Assembly: GCA_963745035.1 (NCBI GenBank)
Contig: CAVUVW010000014.1
Coordinates: 928,001 to 992,000, forward strand
From: an uncultured delta proteobacterium
Lineage (GTDB): Bacteria; Desulfobacterota; Binatia; UBA9968
Direction: 5' to 3'
Length of the DNA: 64,000 nucleotides
Shown one piece after another: positions 17,991 through 27,450 of the stretch. Position numbers and translations under genes: made by a program. Under the pieces are notes generated by a model. It had not been told where the DNA came from and did not search any database. It saw only the letters and a program-made list of their open reading frames with translations. Each line of letters opens with the position of its first letter. Position 1 is the first letter of the stretch.

Positions 17991-20031
17991 GTGAGTTTCG
18001 CGCCTCAGCATCTTGAAGACTTGCGACGTTCAGGACTGAGTGACGCGACTATTCAATTGATGGGTGTAGTGTCCCTCCCACCTGGCGAGATCAACAAATT
18101 GTCCGCCGGCGGGCTCTCCGGTGTCGAATCGGTCCTAGAATTTCCATATCCAAAAATCTCGGACTTTTCTCGCTATAAGCTGTTCCCTGCTCAAGGGGAC
18201 ATGAAATATTTTCAAAGAAAAGACAGCGGCAATCATCTTTATATACTTTCGCCGGTTCATGCGGTGCTAACTGATTTCCGAGAAAAGCTCTATTTTGTCG
18301 AGGGCGAAAAGAAAGCGGCTGCGGCGGTACAGCGTGGTCTCCATGCCGTGGGTTTTTCAGGTGTCTGGAATTGGAAAAACAAAGATAGCTGGAAGGGTAT
18401 CGACGAGCTTCAGTTAATCCCCTTTGCTGATCGTGACGTTGAGATAATCCCGGACTCCGACACCTGGACACGGGACGATCTGCAACGCGCCGTCTATGCC
18501 TTCGGCAAATATCTCGAGTCTCGCGGTGCTAGGGCATTTGTCACACTTATCCCTCCAAACGCTTCTGGGAAGTTGGCCTTGATGATTTTTTCCTCGTCCA
18601 TAGTGACGAAGATTTTCGGCAGCTCAAGAGACTCGATCTCAAACATCCAACGCTGGCCCAACACAAACAATGGTACGACGGCTGGAAAGAGAAGGCCGAA
18701 GGCCAGACTTACGACGGACTGCAGGGCAAGCCGCTATTCCTTCGCGAGGTCGAGCTGTATGCAGAGGCGGTAGAAGGCTGCGAACTGCTGATCGAGTTGT
18801 GCCGAGCCATCCGCCGGTATGTCGTCGCCGACAATGCGGATATTGTCGCTATGGCCTTGTGGTGTGTCCATGCCCATGGGATCGACGCCTTCGGTATTTC
18901 GCCATTTCTAAACCTGTCGTCACCGGAGAAGGGTTGCGGCAAGTCGACTACATTGACGGCCATATCCTATTTGCTGCCGCGTCCACTCTTGTCGGCGAGC
19001 GTCAGCCCCGCATCGATCTTTCGGGCGATCGAGCTTTACAAGCCGTCATTTCTGATCGACGAAGCCGACACCTTTGAAAACTTAAATGAGGATCTTCGCG
19101 GACTGCTTAACGCCTCGCACCTCCGTGCAACGGCGCAGGCTATCCGGATAGTCGGCGACAACCATGAGCCACGGACGTTTTCGACGTGGTGTCCCAAGGC
19201 GATCTCGCTAATCGGGCGCCTGCCGGCAACTCTCGAAGATCGATCGCTCGTTGTCGAAATGAAGCGGCGCCGGAACGATGAGGTGTGCGAGCGGTTTCGG
19301 CAATAGATCCGCATCCAGAGTTGGAACTGCTCGGCCAAAAAGCGGCGCGCTGGGTAAAAGACAATTTCAACCAACTCAAGCAGGCGAGGCCGACGATGGA
19401 CGGAATCGACAACCGTCTTCTTGACAACTGGCTCCCTGTGCTGGCGATCGCCGATATTGCCCGCGGCGACTGGCCGAAATGGGTAAGGATAGCCGCAAGG
19501 CGATTTGTCGCCAAAGCTGCTGACCCGACGTCGGTCAAGGTGGAATTGCTGATCGACATGGCCGAGATTATGGGCCACGAAGATCGGATGTTTAGCGAGG
19601 ATATGGTTATCGCGCTACATGCAATGGCCGATCGGCCGTGGCCGACATTTAGTCGCGGAAAGCCCATCACTCAGGTTCACATGGGCAGGATGCTCCACGG
19701 TTTCGGCATCAGGTCGAAAAACATCAGGATCAAGGATCGGCAAGCAAAGGGCTACGAGGCAACGGAGATCGGGACGGCTTTGAGCAGGTATGCACCTTCT
19801 GGCGACGCGTCCCAAGCGTCCCAAAAAATAAATGACAAGGAGATTGCTGAGTTACAGGCTATTTTTGGGACGAATCAATCCGTCCCAGAAGAAGCCGAGC
19901 CATCCCAAGCCAGATGGCCACGACGAACAGGGCTTCGATTGGATAAACGGGGAGCGGAAAGACGAGACATTGATGAGCAATGGACGCGAATTAAAGCCGA
20001 GCACGCAGCCAGACGAGCAAACGACAACTAA
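17991..20031 (+). CDS. Primase/replication protein (DUF3854-like toprim plus DUF3631-like domain), two frameshifts
   Basis: HLEDLRRSGL, VEGEKKA, GVWNW, PDSD, GLDDF; SPEKGCGKST, LIDEAD, TLEDRS; shifts near 18570 and 19300. Confidence 0.8.
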
Positions 20032-20109
20032 GGGTATCAACGCCGCCGAGGTGCTACGGATATTTCCCGGCGCGAGGGTAATCAAGGAAGGGGCGGAGAG
20101 CTAGAGTCG

Positions 20110-20421
20110 ATGAACGACCCGATTAGCTCTTTGGCCGAAGCGCTAGCGGCGATAATCAAACCGATCGTCAAAGAGGCCGTCCGAGAGGCGTTGAGTCTCA
20201 ATTCCCGTAGTGGCGCGGAATCGACGCCAGCAGATAAGTCTTTTCTGACGATCAAACAAGCGGCGGCAACCTCCGGGCTTGGCGCTTCCACCATCCGCCT
20301 AGCGATTCGCCGCAGAAATTTGCGAGCGCAGAAGGTTGGCCGGCGGGTGCTGCTCAAAAAAACTGATCTGGAACATTTCCTGGAGGCGAACCCGATTGAG
20401 GCGATAGCAGAGCGGTATTGA
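20110..20421 (+). CDS. Excisionase-like HTH_17 protein
   Basis: FLTIKQAA...STIRLAIRR...LRAQKVGRRVLL. Confidence 0.85.
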   Translation: MNDPISSLAEALAAIIKPIVKEAVREALSLNSRSGAESTPADKSFLTIKQAAATSGLGASTIRLAIRRRNLRAQKVGRRVLLKKTDLEHFLEANPIEAIAERY

Positions 20422-20457
20422 CATGAATAGGTCATTATGTCATAATGACATTATGAC
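20418..20457 (+). promoter_or_regulatory. Sigma70 promoter with overlapping repeated operator
   Basis: TTGACA-N17-CATAAT; GTCATTAT/GTCATAAT/GACATTAT 8-bp repeats. Confidence 0.7.
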
Positions 20458-20671
20458 TAAGAAGGAGTTTAAAGCGATTCGAGGACGGATCGAATTTAGT
20501 CAGGCGAGGTTAGCCAAGGAACTTGGAGTGACATTGCGAACGGTCGCTAGATGGGAACGCGGCGAGTTTCCTATACCGCGTGTCGCGGAACTGGCCCTGC
20601 GGAATTTGGTCCGAGAGTCACTAACGGAAACAATTCCGTGGGAAAAGCTCAAGAAAGACATGAAGCTGTAA
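20453..20671 (+). CDS. XRE-family HTH regulator
   Basis: FSQARLAKELGVTLRTVARWERG. Confidence 0.88.
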   Translation: MTKKEFKAIRGRIEFSQARLAKELGVTLRTVARWERGEFPIPRVAELALRNLVRESLTETIPWEKLKKDMKL

Positions 20672-20684
20672 GGAGCTTTGAATC

Positions 20685-21965
20685 ATGGCCAAAGGTATAT
20701 ACGAGCGCAAAGGCAATAACGGCGACGTGACTTATTACATCCGCTATCAGGTGGACGGTACGGACATAAAAGAGCGAGTGGGGAGAAGGTCGCGAGGTTT
20801 TACGCGGGAACTAGCGAAGGATGCATTGAACTCACGATTAGGCGACATAGCGCAAGGGCATTTTAACTTGGAGAAGGTGCGAAAGCCGGTGCCATTTTCT
20901 AAGTTGGCGGAAAAGTATCGCGAGTTTGCCGGCGGATACAAGAGAGGGTGGGGGACGGAAAAGTATATCGTTGAAGAGTTTGCGTCACTCTTCGGCGACA
21001 CTCCGCTGGCGCAGATCACAACGTGGCAGATCGAGAAGTGGAAAGCGGAAGAGGGGAAGCGACTAAACCCGGTTACCGTGAATCGCCGTTTGACAGTGAT
21101 CAAGCATATGTTCAAGAAGGCCGTCGAGTGGGATCTTGTTAAGAGTAACCCGGCAACGTCGGTCAAAAGATTTTCAGTGACAAGCGAGCGCACAAGATTT
21201 CTGACGGAGCAGGAAATTAAAGCTTTGCTTGAGGACTGTGAGAAAATGGTCACATCACCCTGGCTTTTGCCCTTGGTGAAACTGGCTTTGAATACCGGGA
21301 TGAGACAAGGCGAATTGCTAAAGCTCAAATGGGAGAACGTGGACTTAGAGCGGGAGTCGATTACGATTATTCAGAGCAAAACGCTACGGCGAAAGACCAT
21401 CGCCATCAATCAGCAAGCGCGAGAGGCATTGAACTGGCTGCAAGAGAATCGTTACGGTGAGCTTCTCTTCATGTGGCCGTGGGGCGATCCGATCGGTAAG
21501 GTTACAGTCTACGATGCCTTTAAAAAAGCCTGTAGTGCGGCAAAGATCGACGATTTCCGTTTCCATGACCTTCGGCATACCTTCGCGTCTCATCTCGTTA
21601 TGGCGGGCGTGGATTTGGTCACAGTGAAGGAGTTACTCGGCCATAAGACAATCAACATGACAAACCGCTACACTCACCTTGCCCAAGAGCACAAAGCGCA
21701 AGCGGTGGCGAAGCTCGAAGATCGTTACAAGGTGGCGGAGAGTGGAACGCAAAGCGCAACCGTGTCACCGGAAATGAAAGAGGCAATCAACGCGGTTTTC
21801 ACGCCGAAGTTGGAACAAAACCGGAACATTTTTTTAGTGAGAAGAGGGCGAGGACTTGGAATCTTGAGTGATTTCAACGACGGAATGGAGGCGGCGAGCG
21901 GATTCGAACCGCTGCATCGAGGTTTTGCAGACCTCTCCCTTAACCACTTGGGTACGCCGCCTTGA
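20685..21965 (+). CDS. int: Tyrosine integrase, reading through att and antisense across the tRNA
   Basis: TGMRQGEL, FHDLRHTFAS, LLGHK, RYTH catalytic residues; AGGAG RBS. Confidence 0.96.
   Translation: MAKGIYERKGNNGDVTYYIRYQVDGTDIKERVGRRSRGFTRELAKDALNSRLGDIAQGHFNLEKVRKPVPFSKLAEKYREFAGGYKRGWGTEKYIVEEFASLFGDTPLAQITTWQIEKWKAEEGKRLNPVTVNRRLTVIKHMFKKAVEWDLVKSNPATSVKRFSVTSERTRFLTEQEIKALLEDCEKMVTSPWLLPLVKLALNTGMRQGELLKLKWENVDLERESITIIQSKTLRRKTIAINQQAREALNWLQENRYGELLFMWPWGDPIGKVTVYDAFKKACSAAKIDDFRFHDLRHTFASHLVMAGVDLVTVKELLGHKTINMTNRYTHLAQEHKAQAVAKLEDRYKVAESGTQSATVSPEMKEAINAVFTPKLEQNRNIFLVRRGRGLGILSDFNDGMEAASGFEPLHRGFADLSLNHLGTPP
21810..21835 (+). repeat. Putative integrase arm-type site (right)
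   Basis: TTGGAACAAAACCGGAACATTTTTTT, near-copy of 5507-5532. Confidence 0.7.
21886..21961 (-). tRNA. tRNA-Cys (GCA)
   Basis: Acceptor stem GGCGGCG/CGCCGCC, anticodon arm GAGGT-CTGCAAA-ACCTC, TTCGAAT loop, encoded CCA. Confidence 0.97.
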
Positions 21966-22067
21966 GCCGTAGCTAACATGAACTTTTCACCACTTGCAAC
22001 CGCGGCGCAAATTATTGACAACCCAGGGTGAAACACGTAATTAACCAGATGAATCGGGAGTTTCCTT

Positions 22068-23432
22068 ATGGCCACGATGATCACCAGCGACTGCATCAAT
22101 TGCGGCGCATGCGAACCCGAATGCCCGAACAATGCTATCAGCCAGGGTGATCCGGTATACGTCATCGATCCGCTGCTGTGCACCGAGTGCGTCGGCTTCC
22201 ACGATTATGAGGCCTGCGCAGCGGTGTGCCCGGTGGACGTCTGCGTCACCGATCCGAACAACATCGAATCTGAAGAAGCGCTGGTCGCGCGCGCTCGCTC
22301 CTTGCATCCGCAAACCGACTTTGGGGAAAACTTCCAATCGCGTTTCCGCAAGGCCGTCAGCAATGGCGCGGCGGCGCCCGCGCCCGTGCCCGCCCCCGCG
22401 CCAGCGGAGGTTCATGCGGCGGCGCCGCAGGAGGTTAGCGCCGCGAAATCCGCCGGCCCCGCGCCCGAGCCTACAGCGGCGCCTGCCGCGCCCGCGCCGG
22501 CCGCTAAAGTCGCTCCTGCGGCGACGCCCAAACCCGCTCCCGCCAAAAAAGAGATCAAGCCGAAGAAAACTTTCCCCAAGGAGTTGCCTGTCAGCTTTGA
22601 AGAAGCTTCGAAGAAACACGGGGGAGGCGCGGGAAATATGCCAGGCGCGCTCAAGCTCGCGATCATCCTACTCCAGCCAGTGATCGGCGCCTTGCCGCAC
22701 AATACGAAGAAGCGGCTCGAGGACGCGCTGCAGACGCCGCTCTTTACCGCGGCCGGAAGCACGGCGGTCAACATCGTTCACAATGCCGTGCTCTATCCGC
22801 TCGCCTTCATGGCGGTCGCCGCCGCGGTGCAAGGACCGCAGGTGATTTTCAGCCAGGACATCAACAACTACGTCTTGTTGGGGCTGCTGCTGGCGGTGCT
22901 CGAAGGAATATTTCGCTTAAAAGATGGAATCTTCGGCGCCAAGCCCGCCAGTGAAATGACTTTTCCGCCATCTTTTTACGGCGCGCCGCTGGCGATTGTG
23001 GTGGCGCCATTTTTGAAAAAATACACCGGTGTGATCCGCGAGATTCCAGTGCCCGTAGAGGGCTTCTATTCCAAGGGGTTCGTCGATAAGCTGGAGCGCG
23101 AACGGCGCTATGGCAACGTCTACACGGTGGAAGACCAGGGCGGCGCGTTTCTCGTGCGCATGGAGTTTCCTCGGCGGATGCCGGATATCGGCATTGCCAA
23201 GCGCGAGCAGCTACCCGACGAGCTGCCGGACTATGACTACGATTTGGAGCTGCAGGATGGGCAGCTGACGGTCAGAGGCAAATGCACGGATGAGGCGGTG
23301 CGGAAAATCTCTGCGAGCGTCGGTGCCTTCCCGCCGGAATTTGTCACGGTCATCCCCTTTCGGCAGAAGACCTCCGGGTTTGTCCACCGTTACGACGACA
23401 AGCTTCTCGAGATTCTGGTCGAGAAGGCGTAG
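22068..23432 (+). CDS. YfhL-type 2x[4Fe-4S] ferredoxin fused to a Pro/Ala linker, TM segments and an HSP20-like domain
   Basis: CINCGACEPECP, CTECVGF...CAAVCP; PA-rich linker; hydrophobic segments; alpha-crystallin-like C-terminal pattern (inferred by eye). Confidence 0.8.
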   Translation: MATMITSDCINCGACEPECPNNAISQGDPVYVIDPLLCTECVGFHDYEACAAVCPVDVCVTDPNNIESEEALVARARSLHPQTDFGENFQSRFRKAVSNGAAAPAPVPAPAPAEVHAAAPQEVSAAKSAGPAPEPTAAPAAPAPAAKVAPAATPKPAPAKKEIKPKKTFPKELPVSFEEASKKHGGGAGNMPGALKLAIILLQPVIGALPHNTKKRLEDALQTPLFTAAGSTAVNIVHNAVLYPLAFMAVAAAVQGPQVIFSQDINNYVLLGLLLAVLEGIFRLKDGIFGAKPASEMTFPPSFYGAPLAIVVAPFLKKYTGVIREIPVPVEGFYSKGFVDKLERERRYGNVYTVEDQGGAFLVRMEFPRRMPDIGIAKREQLPDELPDYDYDLELQDGQLTVRGKCTDEAVRKISASVGAFPPEFVTVIPFRQKTSGFVHRYDDKLLEILVEKA

Positions 23433-23559
23433 TTTTTTACCGCGGAGCACGGCGATCGCTCACCAAGCCGATTCAAAACCGAACTCGATCCAAAAGCCAC
23501 AGCTCGACAACGACGCTTGTAATTTTTTTGCGTCCATCGATCCGCTGCGGTTTCGCCCG

Positions 23560-23985
23560 ATGAACATCGCCGATCTCGACGAGGTGATGACGATCGAGAG
23601 ATCTTCGTTTCGCTTCCCCTGGAGCGCGGGCTTTTTTCGCCAGGAGCTTCAAGTTGCCTGTGCCCGTTCGATTCTCGCGGAGGCGGACGGGAAAATCATC
23701 GGTTACGTTCTCTTCTGGCTTCTCCCCGGCGCCCTCGATATTCACAATATAGCCGTCCATGCCGACTATCGCCGCCGCGGCGTCGCCCGCATTCTCCTCG
23801 GGCGCGTGATCCATGAGGCAAGGTGCCAGTCGATAACGCGCGTGTTACTTGAGGTTCGGACGTCCAACCTACCGGCCCAAAAGCTTTATGAGGCGATGGG
23901 TTTCTGCGCGACGGGCGTCCGCAAAGGTTACTACTCCGACAACGGCGAGGACGCTTTGGCGATGGCGCTGGAGCTCGGCCCATAG
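23560..23985 (+). CDS. rimI: Ribosomal-protein alanine acetyltransferase
   Basis: FPWS, IHNIAV, RRRGVA, LEVRTSN, RKGYY, EDA; start uncertain. Confidence 0.9.
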   Translation: MNIADLDEVMTIERSSFRFPWSAGFFRQELQVACARSILAEADGKIIGYVLFWLLPGALDIHNIAVHADYRRRGVARILLGRVIHEARCQSITRVLLEVRTSNLPAQKLYEAMGFCATGVRKGYYSDNGEDALAMALELGP

Positions 23986-24378
23986 GTAGGGCCGCATATC
24001 GCGAGCGCCGGCGCGACAACTTAATTACTGCCATGATATTTTAGGTCTAAACGATTGGAAACTGCTCAGATTATCTAGTCTGGGCCGCTTCCCTTGACTG
24101 TCTCTCCCTCGCGGGTGTATAAATTAAATGTTGGTTAACTGTTTTTAGCGGTCAGCATTATCGACCGCTAATTTTTTTGAAGGCGCCAATCAGCGGGGCG
24201 GATGAGAGCTGCATGGTCGAAAAGTTCCAGCAAAAAATTCCGGTCCACTGTCCGCCCGCTCAAGTCGCCTTCGCCCCTTCCTTTTCGCACGACAATCAGC
24301 CTTACAGCAGTCTCCGTCAATTCAATCGGCAAGAATGCGGTCCAGCGATCGAAAGTTTCGATTCAGGAGGAAACCAGT

Positions 24379-24861
24379 ATGTTTAAAGTCGGCGAAAAGG
24401 TGGTATACCCCGCCCACGGGGTTGGTGAGATCGAGGCGATACGAAGCCACGTCATATCGGGCACCGAGAAGAAATTCTATATGCTGCGCATTCTCGAGAC
24501 CGATATGAAAATCATGATTCCCATCGATAACGTCGATTCCGTCGGACTGCGGAAGATTATCGACCGCGCGATGGTCACCAAAGTGTACAAGGTGCTCCGC
24601 CAGAAAAAAGTCGAAACCGATCAGCAAACCTGGAATCGCCGCTACCGCGAGTATACCGAAAAGATCAAGACCGGCTCCATCCTCGAAATCGCGAAAGTTT
24701 TGCGCGATCTCTTCGTTTTGAAAGGCGACAAGGAGCTTTCCTTCGGAGAGCGGAAAATGCTCGACACGGCGCGCAACCTTCTGGTCAAGGAGCTTTCGAT
24801 CGCCCGTTCCCACTCGGAAGAGAAAATCATGGAGGAGCTCCGCCATATTTTTACGCACTGA
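24379..24861 (+). CDS. carD: CarD/CdnL-family transcription factor
   Basis: FKVGEKVVYPAHGVG, WNRRYR, LSFGERKML; AGGAGG RBS. Confidence 0.95.
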   Translation: MFKVGEKVVYPAHGVGEIEAIRSHVISGTEKKFYMLRILETDMKIMIPIDNVDSVGLRKIIDRAMVTKVYKVLRQKKVETDQQTWNRRYREYTEKIKTGSILEIAKVLRDLFVLKGDKELSFGERKMLDTARNLLVKELSIARSHSEEKIMEELRHIFTH

Positions 24862-24885
24862 GCGGAGTCGATTGAACAGTTTTCC

Positions 24886-24920
24886 AAGAGCCGAGAGCGT
24901 TCCTCTCGGCTCTTTTGTTT
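24886..24920 (+). terminator. Intrinsic terminator after carD
   Basis: AAGAGCCGAGAG / CTCTCGGCTCTT stem plus T-rich tail. Confidence 0.75.
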
Positions 24921-24927
24921 TGATCCG

Positions 24928-25629
24928 ATGAAAAGAGCGACCGCCATCGTCCTTGCCGCCGGTGCCGGCCTGCGGCTCGGCGGCGATATCCCGAAAGCCT
25001 ACCAGCCGGTCGCCGGGCGCCCGTTGGCGCTGCGAACTCTCGACCGGATGTTTGCGACGCGTTCGGTCGATGCGGCGATCGTCGTCGTTGCCGCCGACGA
25101 AACCGCGCGGTGCGAAGCGCTGCTCCGCGCCGACCCGACGTTGCGCAGCCGCCGGTGGTCGCTTCAGAGCGGCGGCGCGACCCGCCAGCAGTCGGCGAGA
25201 CGGGGCTTGGAGCGGGTCGGCTCGGATAGCGAGATCGTGATTCTTCACGACGCTGCGCGGCCGTTTGTTTCCGCTGCGCTGATCGATCGCTGCGTCGAGG
25301 CGGCGGCGGAGAAGGGGGCGGTGGTCGTCGGTCTGCCGGTGCGCGATACGATCAAGGCGGTCGCGCCGGAGCGCTGGATCGAATCCACGCCGGACCGAAG
25401 CGCGCTCTGGGAAATTCAAACGCCGCAGGTTTTCCGGCGCGAGTTGATCGTTGCGGCGCACGAGCAAGCGGAACGCGACGGCGCGCAGGTGACCGACGAC
25501 GCGATGGTCGTCGAGCGCACCGGCGCGCGAGTCTACGTGCTCGAGGGCGAGCGGACAAATTTTAAGATTACCGTGCCGGAGGATCTCTGGCTCGCGGAGC
25601 TCATGATCCGCGAAGGGCGAGCGCCTTAA
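24928..25629 (+). CDS. ispD: MEP cytidylyltransferase
   Basis: LAAGAGLRLG, ILHDAARP, QTPQVF, TDDA, NFKIT. Confidence 0.95.
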   Translation: MKRATAIVLAAGAGLRLGGDIPKAYQPVAGRPLALRTLDRMFATRSVDAAIVVVAADETARCEALLRADPTLRSRRWSLQSGGATRQQSARRGLERVGSDSEIVILHDAARPFVSAALIDRCVEAAAEKGAVVVGLPVRDTIKAVAPERWIESTPDRSALWEIQTPQVFRRELIVAAHEQAERDGAQVTDDAMVVERTGARVYVLEGERTNFKITVPEDLWLAELMIREGRAP

Positions 25630-26438
25630 AGGATTTGCGCGTTGAGCGCTTCGTTCAAGCTGCCGCTTCGAAACCCCTGCAAATCGAGACTCACGAAGCG
25701 AAAGCCCAGCTCCTTAAATTTTTTCACGACCGCGTCTCGCGTGGTTTTTTCAAACAGGCGGTCGATTTCGTTCTGCGCAACTTCGATTCTCGCCAGGTCG
25801 CCGTGATAGCGCACGCGGAACTCCCGGAAGTGAAGCTGCTTCAAGAACAGCTCGCAGCTCCCGACTTGCTTCAGCCGCTCCAGGTCGATGGCGGTGCCGT
25901 AGGGAAAACGCGAAGACAGGCATGGGCTCGACGGCTTGTCCCAGGTGGGCAGGCCGAGCCCGCGGCTGTAACGCCGGATATCGTCTTTGGTCATGCCCGC
26001 TTCCACCAGCGGATGGCGCACGCCCCATTGGTCGGCGGCCTTGAGTCCGGGCCGGTGATCTTGCAAGTCGTCCAAGTTGGTTCCGTCGACGATGGTTGCG
26101 ATGTCGAGCTTGTCGGCCTCGGCGCGGCAGATGCGATAGAGCTCGTCTTTGCAAAAAAAACAGCGATTGACCGGATTTTGCGAGAAGGAAGGATTCTCGA
26201 GCTCGTGTGAATTCAAGACGATGTGGCGGCAGCCGAGCTCCGCGGTAAACGCCTTGGCGGCGTCGATCTCGCCGGGAGGCGCCGAGGGCGAGCTCGCGGT
26301 CAGCGCCACCGCTCCGTCGCCGAGGCTCATGTGCGCGGCTTTGAGAAGAAAGGTCGAGTCGACGCCGGCGGAGAAGGCGACCAGCAGACCGGCGTGCTCG
26401 CGCAAGATGCGGGTCAGTTGTTCGAATTTTGCGTCCAT
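25626..26438 (-). CDS. larE: ATP-dependent sulfur transferase LarE
   Basis: [10 protein letters not shown]-loop, [30 protein letters not shown]. Confidence 0.92.
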   Translation of the reverse strand: MDAKFEQLTRILREHAGLLVAFSAGVDSTFLLKAAHMSLGDGAVALTASSPSAPPGEIDAAKAFTAELGCRHIVLNSHELENPSFSQNPVNRCFFCKDELYRICRAEADKLDIATIVDGTNLDDLQDHRPGLKAADQWGVRHPLVEAGMTKDDIRRYSRGLGLPTWDKPSSPCLSSRFPYGTAIDLERLKQVGSCELFLKQLHFREFRVRYHGDLARIEVAQNEIDRLFEKTTRDAVVKKFKELGFRFVSLDLQGFRSGSLNEALNAQIL

Positions 26439-27376
26439 CGCTTGTCACCGAACAGATCCGTGCTCAAGTAATGCTCGCCTTTATCCGCGAAGATCGTCAC
26501 GACCACGTGGCCTTTGCCGAGTTGCCTCGCGACTTTGAGCGCCGCGCAGCACGCCGCGCCCGACGAGATCCCGACCAGCAGGCCTTCCTCGGCGGCCAGG
26601 CGCCGGCTGTGAGCGGTCGCCTCTTCATCGCTCACCGCAATGACTTCATCGAGGACCTGCCGGTTGAGCACCGCGGGAATAAATCCCGCGCCGATGCCCT
26701 GGATCTTGTGAAAACCTGGCTCGCCGCCCGAGATCACCGGCGAGGCGCCCGGCTCCACGGCGCAGACGCGCACACCCTTCATTTTTTCTTTCAGTACTTC
26801 GCCGACGCCGGTGATCGTTCCGCCGGTGCCCACGCCGGCGACGAAGGCGTCAATGCGCTTGAACTGCTTGAGCAGCTCGACGGCGGTTGTTTTGCGGTGC
26901 ATTTCCGGATTGGCCGGATTGTTGAATTGCTGCGGCATGAAATAATCGCCGTGCTCCTGCATCAGCTCTTCGGCTTTGTGGATCGCGCCGCCCATGCCCT
27001 TGGTGTCCGGCGTGAGAATCAGCCGCGCGCCATAGGCGCACAGCAGGCTGCGCCGCTCTTCGCTCATGGTGTCGGGCATGGTGAGAATCAACCGGTAGCC
27101 TTTCACCGCCGCGATCAGAGCGAGACCGATGCCGGTGTTGCCGCTGGTCGGCTCAACGATCGTCGCGCCCGGCTTGAGCTTGCCCTGTTGCTCGGCGCTT
27201 TCGATCATGTTGAGGCAGATGCGATCTTTAACCGAACCGCCCGGGTTGAACGACTCCATTTTCGCCCAGACTTCAGCATCGTTCTTGCCGACGAGCGCTT
27301 TCAGTTTGATGACCGGAGTCGAGCCGATAAGATCCAGAACGGATCGGGCGCCATTCAAGTTTGCCAACGGTTTCAC
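26414..27376 (-). CDS. cysK: Cysteine synthase A
   Basis: [37 protein letters not shown]. Confidence 0.95.
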   Translation of the reverse strand: MKPLANLNGARSVLDLIGSTPVIKLKALVGKNDAEVWAKMESFNPGGSVKDRICLNMIESAEQQGKLKPGATIVEPTSGNTGIGLALIAAVKGYRLILTMPDTMSEERRSLLCAYGARLILTPDTKGMGGAIHKAEELMQEHGDYFMPQQFNNPANPEMHRKTTAVELLKQFKRIDAFVAGVGTGGTITGVGEVLKEKMKGVRVCAVEPGASPVISGGEPGFHKIQGIGAGFIPAVLNRQVLDEVIAVSDEEATAHSRRLAAEEGLLVGISSGAACCAALKVARQLGKGHVVVTIFADKGEHYLSTDLFGDKRWTQNSNN

Positions 27377-27450
27377 TCGTCTTTCTTAAAAGGTGTGGAA
27401 AATCTGAATAGACTTTGGTGAAATGCTATAGCTTCGATTTATCGTTGTCA

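Larger units (their letters stand above)
5369..21922. mobile_element. tRNA-Cys-integrated element (phage satellite / IME-like island, 16,517 bp predicted circle)
   Basis: 37-bp direct repeats, adjacent tyrosine integrase, xis-like and XRE HTHs, primase-like gene; visibly more AT-rich than flanks. Confidence 0.95.

Noticed and set aside
5406-21885. Complete prophage or ICE
   Set aside because: No structural, lysis, relaxase or T4SS genes recognised
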